A stretch of DNA of 64,000 bases, taken from the NCBI GenBank assembly GCA_964532425.1, contig CAZHIA010000003.1:5594-69593 (forward strand), read 5' to 3'. The notes below the pieces were generated by a model. The model was not told the DNA's origin, did no database searches, and saw only the letters and a program-made list of their open reading frames with translations. Source of the stretch: an uncultured Candidatus Saccharibacteria bacterium. Its GTDB lineage: Bacteria > Patescibacteriota > Doudnabacteria > UBA920. Of this stretch, positions 38,563-47,252 are shown piece by piece (within the stretch, counting starts at the first letter, position 1; each line of letters opens with the position of its first letter). The translations under genes were made by a program, and so were the position numbers.

Positions 38563-39555
38563 TCACCTGCTTACCCTCGGATCACTCTTAACAGAATTGA
38601 TGACGATCAGTGTCCACATCCGCGCATAAATGCCGCAATAGACCAGCCAATTGAACCAAAACGGATATTTTTCGCGATAATGCTTGCGGTAAAAAATCCA
38701 CATAGCGTCATGGAACCAACGGAGGGCTTTGGTTGCGACCTTGCGGCTAGATTCGCCTTTGTAATGAGTAATGAACGTTTGAGGATAGTACCAAACCTTA
38801 AAACCCGCTTCCTTGCAGCGCCAGCACCAGTCCAGGTCTTCGCCGTACATGAAAAACGTTTCATCCAGCAGCCCGATCTTTTCGACAACATCCTTCCGCG
38901 CCAGACAGAAGGCTCCAACCAGACTGTCAATCTCCGATTCCTGGTCAGCCGTCTCATCCGAAAAGTTATACGCCGCATCTCCGGCTACCTTTTGCAAGTG
39001 TAAAAACCGCAGCATGGCATTCCACGGGTTCGGGAATTTCCGCCGCGCCGCGCGATCCAGGCTACCATCCGGCTTCATAATTTTGCACGTGCTCATGCCC
39101 ACATCCGGATGTGTTTCCATAAAATCGAGCATCACTTTGAACGTGTCCGGTTCGACCTTGGTATCGGGATTAAGCAGGAGGACGTAACGTCCGGTTGACT
39201 GTTTAATGCCGATGTTGTTGCCAGCCGCAAAACCGTTGTTGATGTTACGGATAAGCTTATAGCTATCAGCTGTCAGCTTATAGTTTTCGAGCCATTCATA
39301 GGTGCCGTCCGGTGAACCATTGTCGACGATGATAACCTCACCGGTATATTGCGCTCCATGAGGCTGGCTATTGGCTTGCTGTTCGGATGTAGGGGCGACT
39401 ACCAGCCGCCCTTCAGATTGCGGGCGGCCAGTGGCCGCCCCTACAAAAACCACCCTCTTACTACCCCAAATCGAAGGCAGCAGCACTTTAAGGTGTTCTT
39501 TGGACCGGTAGGAAAGAATAATAATGGAAAGATCAAACCTATTGACAGAATTCAT
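38563..39555 (-). CDS. glycosyltransferase family 2 (rhamnosyltransferase-like), with about 40-aa in-frame insertion
   Basis: LSIIILSYRS ... IIVDNGSPDGTYEW ... NNGFAAGNNIGIKQSTGRYVLLLNPD are GT2 motifs. An insert (WGSKRVVFVGAATGRPQSEGRLVVAPTSEQQANSQPHGAQYTG) is encoded by the palindromic element at 39389-39444. Confidence 0.8.
   Translation of the reverse strand: MNSVNRFDLSIIILSYRSKEHLKVLLPSIWGSKRVVFVGAATGRPQSEGRLVVAPTSEQQANSQPHGAQYTGEVIIVDNGSPDGTYEWLENYKLTADSYKLIRNINNGFAAGNNIGIKQSTGRYVLLLNPDTKVEPDTFKVMLDFMETHPDVGMSTCKIMKPDGSLDRAARRKFPNPWNAMLRFLHLQKVAGDAAYNFSDETADQESEIDSLVGAFCLARKDVVEKIGLLDETFFMYGEDLDWCWRCKEAGFKVWYYPQTFITHYKGESSRKVATKALRWFHDAMWIFYRKHYREKYPFWFNWLVYCGIYARMWTLIVINSVKSDPRVSR
39389..39444. 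mobile_element. 56-bp palindromic element GTAGGGGCG...CGCCCCTAC inserted in-frame in the GT2 gene
   Basis: Termini GTAGGGGCG / CGCCCCTAC are exact reverse complements. The inner GCCGCCC / GGGCGGC arms add a second stem. Confidence 0.55.
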
Positions 39556-39595
39556 AAATTGTAGTATAACAAATGGTCAAAGGAGGAAAAAGATA

Positions 39596-39985
39596 ATGTT
39601 TTTTGAAGGAAAACAGGTCTATATTCTCATTATCGAGGAAGGCAAAAAGGTCCTCGCCAATGTCATCGGCTGGCATCTTGAACCAAATGACCAACAAGGT
39701 GCTTTCGAAAAACCCGAAAAGATCCTCTACGAAACCGGCACAGAACGGCTGCCACTGGAGCACAATCACAAGATCCAACTACTCTGTGACCCGACCCTGT
39801 TTGTCAAAGGCGGACCTGAATGGGGAGAATTTGTTCCCCGCAGGGACGACGAACGGAACGGCCGCGGAGTCTTGATTGTTTTCGATGACTTCGACGGCAA
39901 TACGGTGTGCGGGCTCTTGAACTCTCAGTGGTCTGCGTTCGACACCTGCAGCCTGTATGAAGGCTCGCTCCTTGTCTTTCTTTGA
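39596..39985 (+). CDS. hypothetical protein (129 aa)
   Basis: Strong SD AAAGGAGG 8 nt upstream of the ATG. Followed by a terminator. Opposite strand to the flanking GT genes. Confidence 0.55.
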   Translation: MFFEGKQVYILIIEEGKKVLANVIGWHLEPNDQQGAFEKPEKILYETGTERLPLEHNHKIQLLCDPTLFVKGGPEWGEFVPRRDDERNGRGVLIVFDDFDGNTVCGLLNSQWSAFDTCSLYEGSLLVFL

Positions 39986-39999
39986 GCTGTGTCCCGCTT

Positions 40000-40040
40000 C
40001 CGGCCATGCGTCAAAAACGCATGGCCAGCTTTATTTTATT
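40000..40040 (+). terminator. rho-independent terminator
   Basis: Hairpin GGCCATGCG/CGCATGGCC followed by CTTTATTTTATT. Confidence 0.6.
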
Positions 40041-40129
40041 ACAATAATACTGACAGTATTATAGCGCTCTTTCAACACTGTTTTTCAAATGGGCAAAACG
40101 TGCTATTGTTGTATTGAAAAGGTGGGACA

Positions 40130-40513
40130 ATGGAACAATTGAAGTTTATATTCGAGCCGGTTTCGCTGCAAGTTGGCGACACCCTCCGGGTTTCAAAGGT
40201 TGCATGGAAAATATCTCTTACCAACGAGATTGGTTTTGCCACCAAACTCCCGGAAGAATCCACAGAAGTCATCGTGCATGCCTGCGCCTTTATCCCACTG
40301 GCTGGCATCGGTCATTCCGCCCTCAAAGGCATCATCCATTACAGGAACGGAGAACTGTTATTTTACCGGCAAAACCATTTTGGCCATGCCTGCAGAGAAC
40401 CGCTCTACCTTTCCCGTTTCTGGGATGGTGATATCATTACCATCACCAGCACCCCGAGCCGGCACCCTTCATCAATTCAAAACACCCAGATGCCGTGCTT
40501 GACCACTCAGTAG
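40130..40513 (+). CDS. hypothetical protein (127 aa)
   Basis: SD AAGGTGGG upstream. No family recognised. Confidence 0.5.
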   Translation: MEQLKFIFEPVSLQVGDTLRVSKVAWKISLTNEIGFATKLPEESTEVIVHACAFIPLAGIGHSALKGIIHYRNGELLFYRQNHFGHACREPLYLSRFWDGDIITITSTPSRHPSSIQNTQMPCLTTQ

Positions 40514-40549
40514 CGTGCACTATAGACATCCGACGGGCTGGAGGATTTA

Positions 40550-40753
40550 ATGTCGAAGAACAAAACAAGAAAAGCTGAGGTTATGGAATACGTAACTTCA
40601 AAAGATGGTAAGCTGATCGGCCGAAAAGGACAAGAGGTTTACCTTCCAGAAGGCTATGTAGCCCAAGTCATCGCTGTCCCGGTCAACTCGCCGGAGGGAC
40701 AAGTATTAAAATCACACGATGCACGCCAGTGTCCGAACATCGCCTCAACATGA
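40550..40753 (+). CDS. hypothetical small protein (67 aa)
   Basis: SD GGAGG upstream. Terminator downstream at 40810-40838. Confidence 0.45.
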   Translation: MSKNKTRKAEVMEYVTSKDGKLIGRKGQEVYLPEGYVAQVIAVPVNSPEGQVLKSHDARQCPNIAST

Positions 40754-41788
40754 CCTGGCGACATCTCCTGGTCTCTGAACGATTTGGCGCTTCCGCCACA
40801 TTTTCGGCAACTGCCTGAACATTTCAGGCAGTATTTTTAATGTCGAAATTTCGAACAGCACTATATAGCCTAGCATAAAAAATTCCCGGATAAAAAATTG
40901 AGGATAAAAATGCCGCGAATTTTTGACATACATAAAAATATGGTTCTTATAGTTGAGCTGCTTCACCCGCGGACTAATCATTTTATGATGTTTGATAAAC
41001 CCCGACACATCAGCATATCCATTTTTCGATGAGCCTGCACCCCTGCCGTGATAGCCGACCGCCTCAGGCACAAACACGCATTTCCAGCCTGCATTCCGCA
41101 GACGCCACGCCAGGTCAACATCTTCCCAGTAGGAATGGAAGTCCTCGTCGAAATACTCGAACTGACCTTTGGCATTTGGCATTTGACACTTAACCGCTTC
41201 CAAAGCGGTGCGTCGATAAGCACATCCGGCACCGGAAACCGCATCGACGACTAGCTCATTGTCGTACTGGCCCCGATCAATCTCATGCTGCCCGCGGTCG
41301 CGTGCGCGCCCAGATTTGCTAATAGAAACACCGGTCGTGTCTAAAATATTGGTCTTCTGTACGGGACGGCTCGCCTCGCTCGACACGAGTCGAAGCGGGT
41401 CACGACCGTCCCCTACGGGAAATCCAAAATTGCACCGCAACAACTTCCCCGTCGCCGCCCCCACCTTCTCATCTTCAAACACTTTCACCATCCGCTCAAT
41501 GTAATCCGGCTCCATGATAAAATCCGGATTAACCAACTGAAAAAGATCGCTCTGGTATTTCTCGAACACTAAATTGTGCCCTTTAGAAAATCCGATGTTA
41601 TACCCAGGATCTATTATCTCCACCTGGGGGAACTTTTCCGTGAGCAGTTCTTTGCCATGGTCATCATTGCCGCTTATAACCGCCACGACGTGGATATTCT
41701 TGTATGTCTGGTTAAAGATAGCCGAAAAGACCGGTTCAATAAATCGGCGGTTGTTGTAAATGACTTGAATTACGATAACCTTAGGCAT
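40745..41788 (-). CDS. glycosyltransferase family 2 (rhamnosyltransferase-like) with in-frame palindromic insertion
   Basis: GT2 N-terminal fold (VIVIQVIYNN...AVISGNDDHG) and C-terminal DVDLAWRLRNAGWKCVFVPEAVGYHGRG. The segment VGDGRDPLRLVSSEASRPV is encoded by the element at 41359-41416. Confidence 0.8.
   Translation of the reverse strand: MPKVIVIQVIYNNRRFIEPVFSAIFNQTYKNIHVVAVISGNDDHGKELLTEKFPQVEIIDPGYNIGFSKGHNLVFEKYQSDLFQLVNPDFIMEPDYIERMVKVFEDEKVGAATGKLLRCNFGFPVGDGRDPLRLVSSEASRPVQKTNILDTTGVSISKSGRARDRGQHEIDRGQYDNELVVDAVSGAGCAYRRTALEAVKCQMPNAKGQFEYFDEDFHSYWEDVDLAWRLRNAGWKCVFVPEAVGYHGRGAGSSKNGYADVSGFIKHHKMISPRVKQLNYKNHIFMYVKNSRHFYPQFFIREFFMLGYIVLFEISTLKILPEMFRQLPKMWRKRQIVQRPGDVARSC
40810..40838 (+). 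terminator. rho-independent terminator
   Basis: Hairpin CTGCCTGAACATTTCAGGCAG followed by TATTTTT. Confidence 0.6.
41359..41416. mobile_element. 58-bp palindromic element GTACGGGACGG...CCGTCCCCTAC inserted in-frame in the GT2 gene
   Basis: Termini are reverse complements with the same single C/G asymmetry as the alaS copy. Inner GGTCACGACC resembles the GGTCGCGACC core of the other copies. Confidence 0.55.
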
Positions 41789-41830
41789 AAAAATTTAATG
41801 AGCAACATTTGACATATGACATTTAACCTT
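41789..41830. repeat. intergenic word-repeat (AACATTTGACATATGACATTTAACC)
   Basis: Same word family as 6426, 26409, 29704 and 48717. Confidence 0.55.
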
Positions 41831-41972
41831 TACCTGTAGTGCAGGCCCTCGGCCTGCCTGTATTCAAATCGCACTGATCTATGGCAGCCCACGGGGCTGC
41901 ACTACATCAATTCTTTAATTTTGAATCAACTAAAAAGTCGAATCTCAATTATCCAAAGTTTAAATGTTGCAC

Positions 41973-43583
41973 TTATTCTGCTTTCATCTCCTCATATCGC
42001 CTAATTATCCCTCCTGAAAGCCCCAGGGACAACAGGAAAAAGAACAACACCTTGTCATTCATGAGCGTCACGTCAAAGAAGGCAGAGGTAAGGATCCAGA
42101 GCACGACCAACAACTGAAGGAACACAAAAAATACCAACACATCCTCAGCCTGCCGGTGCGCCCAGAGGAAGTTGACGAACGTGTGGAGAATGTTGACCCA
42201 AAACACCGCAAAAGCGATTAGGCCGGCCAGACCCAATTCCACCAGCACTTGGATGTACAGGTTGTGCGCTGACACGAATTTGAGCGGCAAATTGTAGCGC
42301 TTGCTGTGGATCTCGGCTGCCTGCTGGTAGCTTTCTACGCCAGGACCGGAAAGTGAAATGAGAAAGTTGCCCAGGCCCACGCCCTGCGGGTGGCGGGCTG
42401 CAAACTTCAGCGAGTCTTTCCAAATTGCCAGGCGCCCGGCATTACTAACGTCCTCCGGATCGTAAATGCTCTGTGCGCGCTGCAAAAAGTTTTCCTGGAA
42501 TTTGGAACCGAACCGCAGGTAATTAAACGCCCTGTTATAGAGCGGCGAGGCGGCAAAGAATACCAAAATGATAATAAATATCCAGAACATTTTTTTGGCA
42601 AAAAGATGAAATACATTCTTACGGTACAGAACGCCGCTCACGAGCAGTGGCGCCGTGATGCCGACCCAGACAGCGCGTGTTCCAGACAGAATGATGGCCA
42701 GCGAGGCAAACCGGATACCCGACCACAGCCAGTGTCTGACCCGGTCGCGCACCACCAGCACCAGTGCGGTCGCCCAGCCCACGGCCATCATGGTCATGTA
42801 CCCGAATGACTGAGAGTCCGGCATGATGCTGAACATGCGCAGCTCACGGCCTGCGGTATACGAAAACCACGAGTTGGAATATAAGGCAATCCCCGCAAAA
42901 TTAGCACCATAATACAACCTGGTAATAAAGCTGTCCCAAAAGACCCAAAACGTGTCCAGGTTCGTAAAGAATGTCGAGAACAGTTGAATGTACCCGAGTA
43001 GTATGATGGCCGTAAAAGACCAAACCGCATACTTCATGAGCAGAATAGCTTGGGCTCTGGTTTTCAGCACGTTGGCCAGGACAACATAGGGCAGATAGAT
43101 ATTCAGCCAGAAAATTGCCACGCGATACCCCTGCATCGGAAATTTAGCAAAGGTTGCAGTCACCACGACGGCAATTACAAAAAACGCGGCTAAAAATTTA
43201 TCCCATGAAAAAAATTCCAAGCCCGACAGAAAGTTACTCGCTGCTTTGAGTGGGTCGCGGTTACCACCGCTCCGAAATTGCTGCCATACCCCTTTGACCG
43301 CCCATGCCGCAAATAGCACGGCGAACCAAATGCGCCAGACAGACAGCGTATCGAACCTCTTATTGGGTACCGCAACATACCAAGGCACGGACAATACCAG
43401 AAACAACAAACCGTCGAATGGATCCGCCGCAATAAGAAACAACGCGCCGAGCGCCAGCGTGGCCCAAATGATACGGTCAGGCCAGCCGCCCAAGACGATC
43501 ATCAACAGACTGATGAGCTGCCAAAGAAATAATATGAAAATATAGAATCTGGGGTTTTTCAATAGAGCTTTCTGTATGATCAT
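41973..43583 (-). CDS. O-antigen ligase/polymerase-like membrane protein (Wzy_C / WaaL family)
   Basis: At least 10 predicted TM helices. VSAHNLYIQVLVELGLAGLIAFAVF resembles the O-antigen ligase motif. Large periplasmic loop. Confidence 0.65.
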   Translation of the reverse strand: MIIQKALLKNPRFYIFILFLWQLISLLMIVLGGWPDRIIWATLALGALFLIAADPFDGLLFLVLSVPWYVAVPNKRFDTLSVWRIWFAVLFAAWAVKGVWQQFRSGGNRDPLKAASNFLSGLEFFSWDKFLAAFFVIAVVVTATFAKFPMQGYRVAIFWLNIYLPYVVLANVLKTRAQAILLMKYAVWSFTAIILLGYIQLFSTFFTNLDTFWVFWDSFITRLYYGANFAGIALYSNSWFSYTAGRELRMFSIMPDSQSFGYMTMMAVGWATALVLVVRDRVRHWLWSGIRFASLAIILSGTRAVWVGITAPLLVSGVLYRKNVFHLFAKKMFWIFIIILVFFAASPLYNRAFNYLRFGSKFQENFLQRAQSIYDPEDVSNAGRLAIWKDSLKFAARHPQGVGLGNFLISLSGPGVESYQQAAEIHSKRYNLPLKFVSAHNLYIQVLVELGLAGLIAFAVFWVNILHTFVNFLWAHRQAEDVLVFFVFLQLLVVLWILTSAFFDVTLMNDKVLFFFLLSLGLSGGIIRRYEEMKAE

Positions 43584-44677
43584 TTCTGTGTCGTAAGTAC
43601 TTGTAAAGTCTGCCGCGCGCAGCGCTCCCAGCCGAACTGTTGTAAGCGTACCTTGCCTTGTTCCCTAAGCCGCTCAACGAGAGACTGGTCGCAGAGCAAA
43701 GCTTTGAGACAGTTTTTTATATCATTCTCATCGGTTGGGTCAAAATATACCGCCGCCTCCCCTGCCACTTCGGGCATGCTGGAAATGTTGGAAGTAGCCA
43801 CTGGAATCCCGGCATCAAACGCTTCTAACAAGGTCATACCAAACCCTTCATACAGGCTCGGCAATATGAACGCATCCGCCCGCCGCATCACTTCAAGGCG
43901 GTCAGAATCACCTATGTGCCCAAGGTACTCCACACAATCGCGATGTTGCTCTATTTCCTCCATTGACTCCTGGAATTTCCAGCCTTGCCGCCCCGCTATG
44001 ACCAGCTTATGCGGCAGCTCGGGCAGTTCAGTTTTTAACTTGGCAAAAGCACGGACCAAGGCCGGAACATTTTTTCTCGGTTGTAGCGTGGATAAAAAAT
44101 AGACATACCGTTCCGGCAGCCGCTCTGCAATCTTGCCAGCGAGCTGCATACCCGAGGGCGGACGCGGTTCAAATCCATGGTGAACAACTGCAATCTTGTC
44201 AGCTGGCAGGTGGTAGACGCGCATAATGTCCTGTTTGGTGGATTCTGAAACTGCAATGAGGCGCGATGCCGAGCGGGCGGCGAACCAGGAAGAAATCTTC
44301 AGAAAATTACGATTGAACCAGGTTTCCGCTTCGGGATAAAACAGCCATGCCAGGTCATGAATGGTGACCACGCTCTGGCGCGGGTGCACGAGTGGCAATG
44401 CCGAGGCCGGAATGAACAAGACGTCTACCGGATGGAAAAGTATCTCCCAGCTGATGCGCAGCTGCGTCCAGAACAGCGGAAATGGCATAACCTTTACTGA
44501 AAAATTTTTAGGCAAATTTAAAAACCAGTCCTGAGGCTTGGTTCTAAGATACAGAATATACTCATTGTCGCGGTCGAGCGCCGCCAAATGCAAAATAAGC
44601 TGTTTGGCGTAATGTTCTACACCGGTCTTTTGAAGGCTGTTAGCCCGCTCTGCTTCTATGCCAATGCGCATAGGCAT
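43580..44677 (-). CDS. glycosyltransferase family 1 (GT4)
   Basis: EGFGMTLLEAFDAGIPVATSN motif. ATG chosen after a TTG-initiated extension. 4-bp overlap with the downstream ligase gene. Confidence 0.8.
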   Translation of the reverse strand: MPMRIGIEAERANSLQKTGVEHYAKQLILHLAALDRDNEYILYLRTKPQDWFLNLPKNFSVKVMPFPLFWTQLRISWEILFHPVDVLFIPASALPLVHPRQSVVTIHDLAWLFYPEAETWFNRNFLKISSWFAARSASRLIAVSESTKQDIMRVYHLPADKIAVVHHGFEPRPPSGMQLAGKIAERLPERYVYFLSTLQPRKNVPALVRAFAKLKTELPELPHKLVIAGRQGWKFQESMEEIEQHRDCVEYLGHIGDSDRLEVMRRADAFILPSLYEGFGMTLLEAFDAGIPVATSNISSMPEVAGEAAVYFDPTDENDIKNCLKALLCDQSLVERLREQGKVRLQQFGWERCARQTLQVLTTQK

Positions 44678-44707
44678 ATTATACCGCAATTGCAGCCGCG
44701 GGAACAA

Positions 44708-44742
44708 ATACCAAAACTAAAATCAGCCCTTCGGGGGCTGAT
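44708..44742 (-). terminator. rho-independent terminator
   Basis: Hairpin ATCAGCCCTTCGGGGGCTGAT followed by a U-rich stretch on the minus strand. Confidence 0.6.
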
Positions 44743-44747
44743 AGACC

Positions 44748-45047
44748 TTAGCGATTATTCCGGTGGATTCTTGACAGGGGCTGAGTATCCGGCACCTGAG
44801 CGCCATGCTCGCCGGTAGCACCACTTGGTTGCTGCACTGGAAACAGTTCGGCCGCTCGTGCATGGTTTATCCATTGGATACTGAGCAAATCATTCTCAAC
44901 CGCTTGCATTTGAGCTTCGTAGAGTATGATGAAACCCGCCAGCACTGCCACCGACCCCACAATGAACACCGGCCAGAATAAGCCGAGATGCTTTTTCCAA
45001 AATGGAAGAACACCCGGACTGTTCGATTTTTTGGCTTGTTTATGCAT
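44748..45047 (-). CDS. hypothetical small membrane protein (99 aa)
   Basis: One TM (LFWPVFIVGSVAVLAGFIILY). TGATATAAT lies 5 nt upstream of the ATG (possible leaderless transcript). Own terminator directly downstream. Confidence 0.4.
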   Translation of the reverse strand: MHKQAKKSNSPGVLPFWKKHLGLFWPVFIVGSVAVLAGFIILYEAQMQAVENDLLSIQWINHARAAELFPVQQPSGATGEHGAQVPDTQPLSRIHRNNR

Positions 45048-45090
45048 GATTTATTATATCATTATCCCTCAAAATCTTCAAATCGGTTAT

Positions 45091-45567
45091 TCACAAGGCG
45101 CTACTTTTAAGTCTTGACGATTTGAATTTCTCCGGGTAGTGCGGCTTTAATCTGACAATATGTGCATGAATCCCGGCCTGCAGCAGACTGGTTTTTAAAT
45201 TGCTTACATACTCACCCCGCTGATCATACCCCAAGGCAATAATGTCCGGACGTTGCCGCTTGATATGGGGAATGTGATCGCCCAGAGCTCCCAGCACGGC
45301 CCGGTCAACCAAACCGGTCCGACGGACAAACTCCAGCCTCTGGCGCTCGGTATATAGAGGCTTCCGCCCTTTGATCTTTTCAACATTCTTGTCCCGCGCT
45401 ACGGAAACGATCAAATGCGGATGCGAAGCCAAACCCCGGGCTTGCCTAAAAAAGCTCCGATGCCCTTCATGCAGCAGATCGAACGTACCGAAGAGCATGA
45501 TGCGGGTCAGCGTATAATCTTTCTTCAATCGTCTGTGTGCATAAGATATTTTTTTCGGAGTGACCAT
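45091..45567 (-). CDS. cytidylyltransferase-like nucleotidyltransferase (HxGH motif)
   Basis: MLFGTFDLLHEGH matches the (H/T)xGH nucleotidyltransferase signature (TagD/RfaE-domain-II-like). Confidence 0.7.
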   Translation of the reverse strand: MVTPKKISYAHRRLKKDYTLTRIMLFGTFDLLHEGHRSFFRQARGLASHPHLIVSVARDKNVEKIKGRKPLYTERQRLEFVRRTGLVDRAVLGALGDHIPHIKRQRPDIIALGYDQRGEYVSNLKTSLLQAGIHAHIVRLKPHYPEKFKSSRLKSSAL

Positions 45568-45690
45568 ACAACAATAATTGACAAAAATGACAAAATTGAA
45601 CAAAATTGACAAAATTATGCTGCAATTCTATCTTCAATTTTTGTCAATTCTGTCATTTTTTTAAATTTTGATCAATTTCTAACAAGCATT
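45568..45690. repeat. composite intergenic palindrome (TTGACAAAAT family), copy 3
   Basis: AATTGACAAAAATGACAAAATTGAACAAAATTGACAAAATT ... AATTTTTGTCAATTCTGTCATTTTTTTAAATTTTGATCAATT. Confidence 0.75.
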
Positions 45691-47105
45691 TCCTTCACCA
45701 TTACCCACTCCTCTTTTCCCACAAACCCCGTCGCTAAAAGAACAACAATATATGTTCCTGCTCCGGCGGCCAAGGCCAAACCCAGGTTCATGTTCCGCAT
45801 CGGCCAGAGTACAACACCCATCACTGCGGCTGCCAGCAGCGGTTTAAAGAGCGATCTGAGAAAATCAAAATGCGTAATGGAAGACCGAACGAAATAGAAA
45901 TAGAAAGTCCCCTGGAGGAATTCGGAAGCTACGGTCATGCACGCAGCCGCTTTAATGCCAAACAGCGGAATCAGCAGCAAGTTGCCCGCAATGTTTATGA
46001 CGACATTGGCGCCCGTAATTGCTAGGGCTTTTTTTGTCAGCTGGGAAATAACCAAAGAATTGACCGGAATGTAGACGAAGAGAATAGCCGGCGCCCATAT
46101 AAGAATAGACAATACAGGTGCGGCAGCTTGGTACTGGGGACCGGCTACCAGCAGGATCAGTTTGGAAGAAAGCAGCATCCCCCCAACGGCCATAGGCAGT
46201 GCCGCCGCGATCATGAGCCGCACATACTTTTCCAAATGCCTCCGCACTTCGGCAATCGCTCCTCGCGACATAAGTGACGCGAAAAACGGAAAAAGCGTAT
46301 ACGATACGACCGACGGGAAAAATCCGAGCAGATCGAAAATCTTATACGCGGCAGTATAGTACCCCGTTTGTTCATAGCCTTTGAGCAGTGTAATCAAGAC
46401 GACATCTATGCGGTTATAGATGGCGGAGAAACCAACCAGCAGTGCAAACGGCCAGCCCTGGCGGAGTATGTCTTTGATCAACGAAAAATTGAACAGCTGC
46501 AACCCGCGGAGTATTTGCGGATCGCTCAGGTGCTTTTTAATAAAAATTCGATATAAAATCAAGTCTACTACCCCGAATACTAGTTGCACACTGGCCAAAT
46601 ACACGATATACCGGTGAAAAAAAATCGCCGTGAAAATGACCGAGACATTCACGACCGAGTTAATGAAGTTGATCCACGCCACTTTGCGCAAATCCTGATA
46701 CGCCGCCATGACTGCCAAATAGGGATACGTTAAAGCATTGGCAACCATACCGAGACCAGCCAAACCGATCCCAAAAAAGACGGCCCGGTCATAGTGCCTC
46801 AAGAATGCAATTCCGATCAGCGCAGCATACAGCACCGTCGCTATAACGATTTCAAAAGAAAAAAATTGATGGAAAAATTTGCGAGTCTCTCCGGGATTTT
46901 CGCTGATCTTTTTGGTGATGAACTGTTGAATACCGAAATCGACAATAGTCGAAAACAACAACACATACGACAAAATATACTGGTACTGTCCAGACCCGAA
47001 AGGCCCCAGATACCGGAACAACTGCGTGTATGCAAAAAACAACAGGACCAATGCGGCAACCCGGGACAACGTAAGCCAGAAGATGTTTTTTGAAACGACG
47101 TGCAT
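45672..47105 (-). CDS. polysaccharide biosynthesis flippase (Wzx / MOP superfamily)
   Basis: 12-14 predicted TM helices. The N-terminal region and length fit the PF01943 polysaccharide biosynthesis protein family. Confidence 0.7.
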   Translation of the reverse strand: MHVVSKNIFWLTLSRVAALVLLFFAYTQLFRYLGPFGSGQYQYILSYVLLFSTIVDFGIQQFITKKISENPGETRKFFHQFFSFEIVIATVLYAALIGIAFLRHYDRAVFFGIGLAGLGMVANALTYPYLAVMAAYQDLRKVAWINFINSVVNVSVIFTAIFFHRYIVYLASVQLVFGVVDLILYRIFIKKHLSDPQILRGLQLFNFSLIKDILRQGWPFALLVGFSAIYNRIDVVLITLLKGYEQTGYYTAAYKIFDLLGFFPSVVSYTLFPFFASLMSRGAIAEVRRHLEKYVRLMIAAALPMAVGGMLLSSKLILLVAGPQYQAAAPVLSILIWAPAILFVYIPVNSLVISQLTKKALAITGANVVINIAGNLLLIPLFGIKAAACMTVASEFLQGTFYFYFVRSSITHFDFLRSLFKPLLAAAVMGVVLWPMRNMNLGLALAAGAGTYIVVLLATGFVGKEEWVMVKEMLVRN

Positions 47106-47220
47106 GGAAAAGTAAAAAGTTTAAAGTAAAAAGTTAAAAGTTAGGAACCAGAGCAGGCTGCAAGTATAGTACCATAATAGCCGTGATGACACCAAAGAAA
47201 TCGCGAGCAATGTTTGCCTC

Positions 47221-47246
47221 TTAACATGTGCAAGTCATGATATAAT
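47221..47246 (+). promoter_or_regulatory. extended -10 promoter TGATATAAT abutting the start codon (putative leaderless)
   Basis: TTAACA ... TGATATAAT (47238-47246), then ATG at 47253. Confidence 0.35.
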
Positions 47247-47252
47247 GTATAT

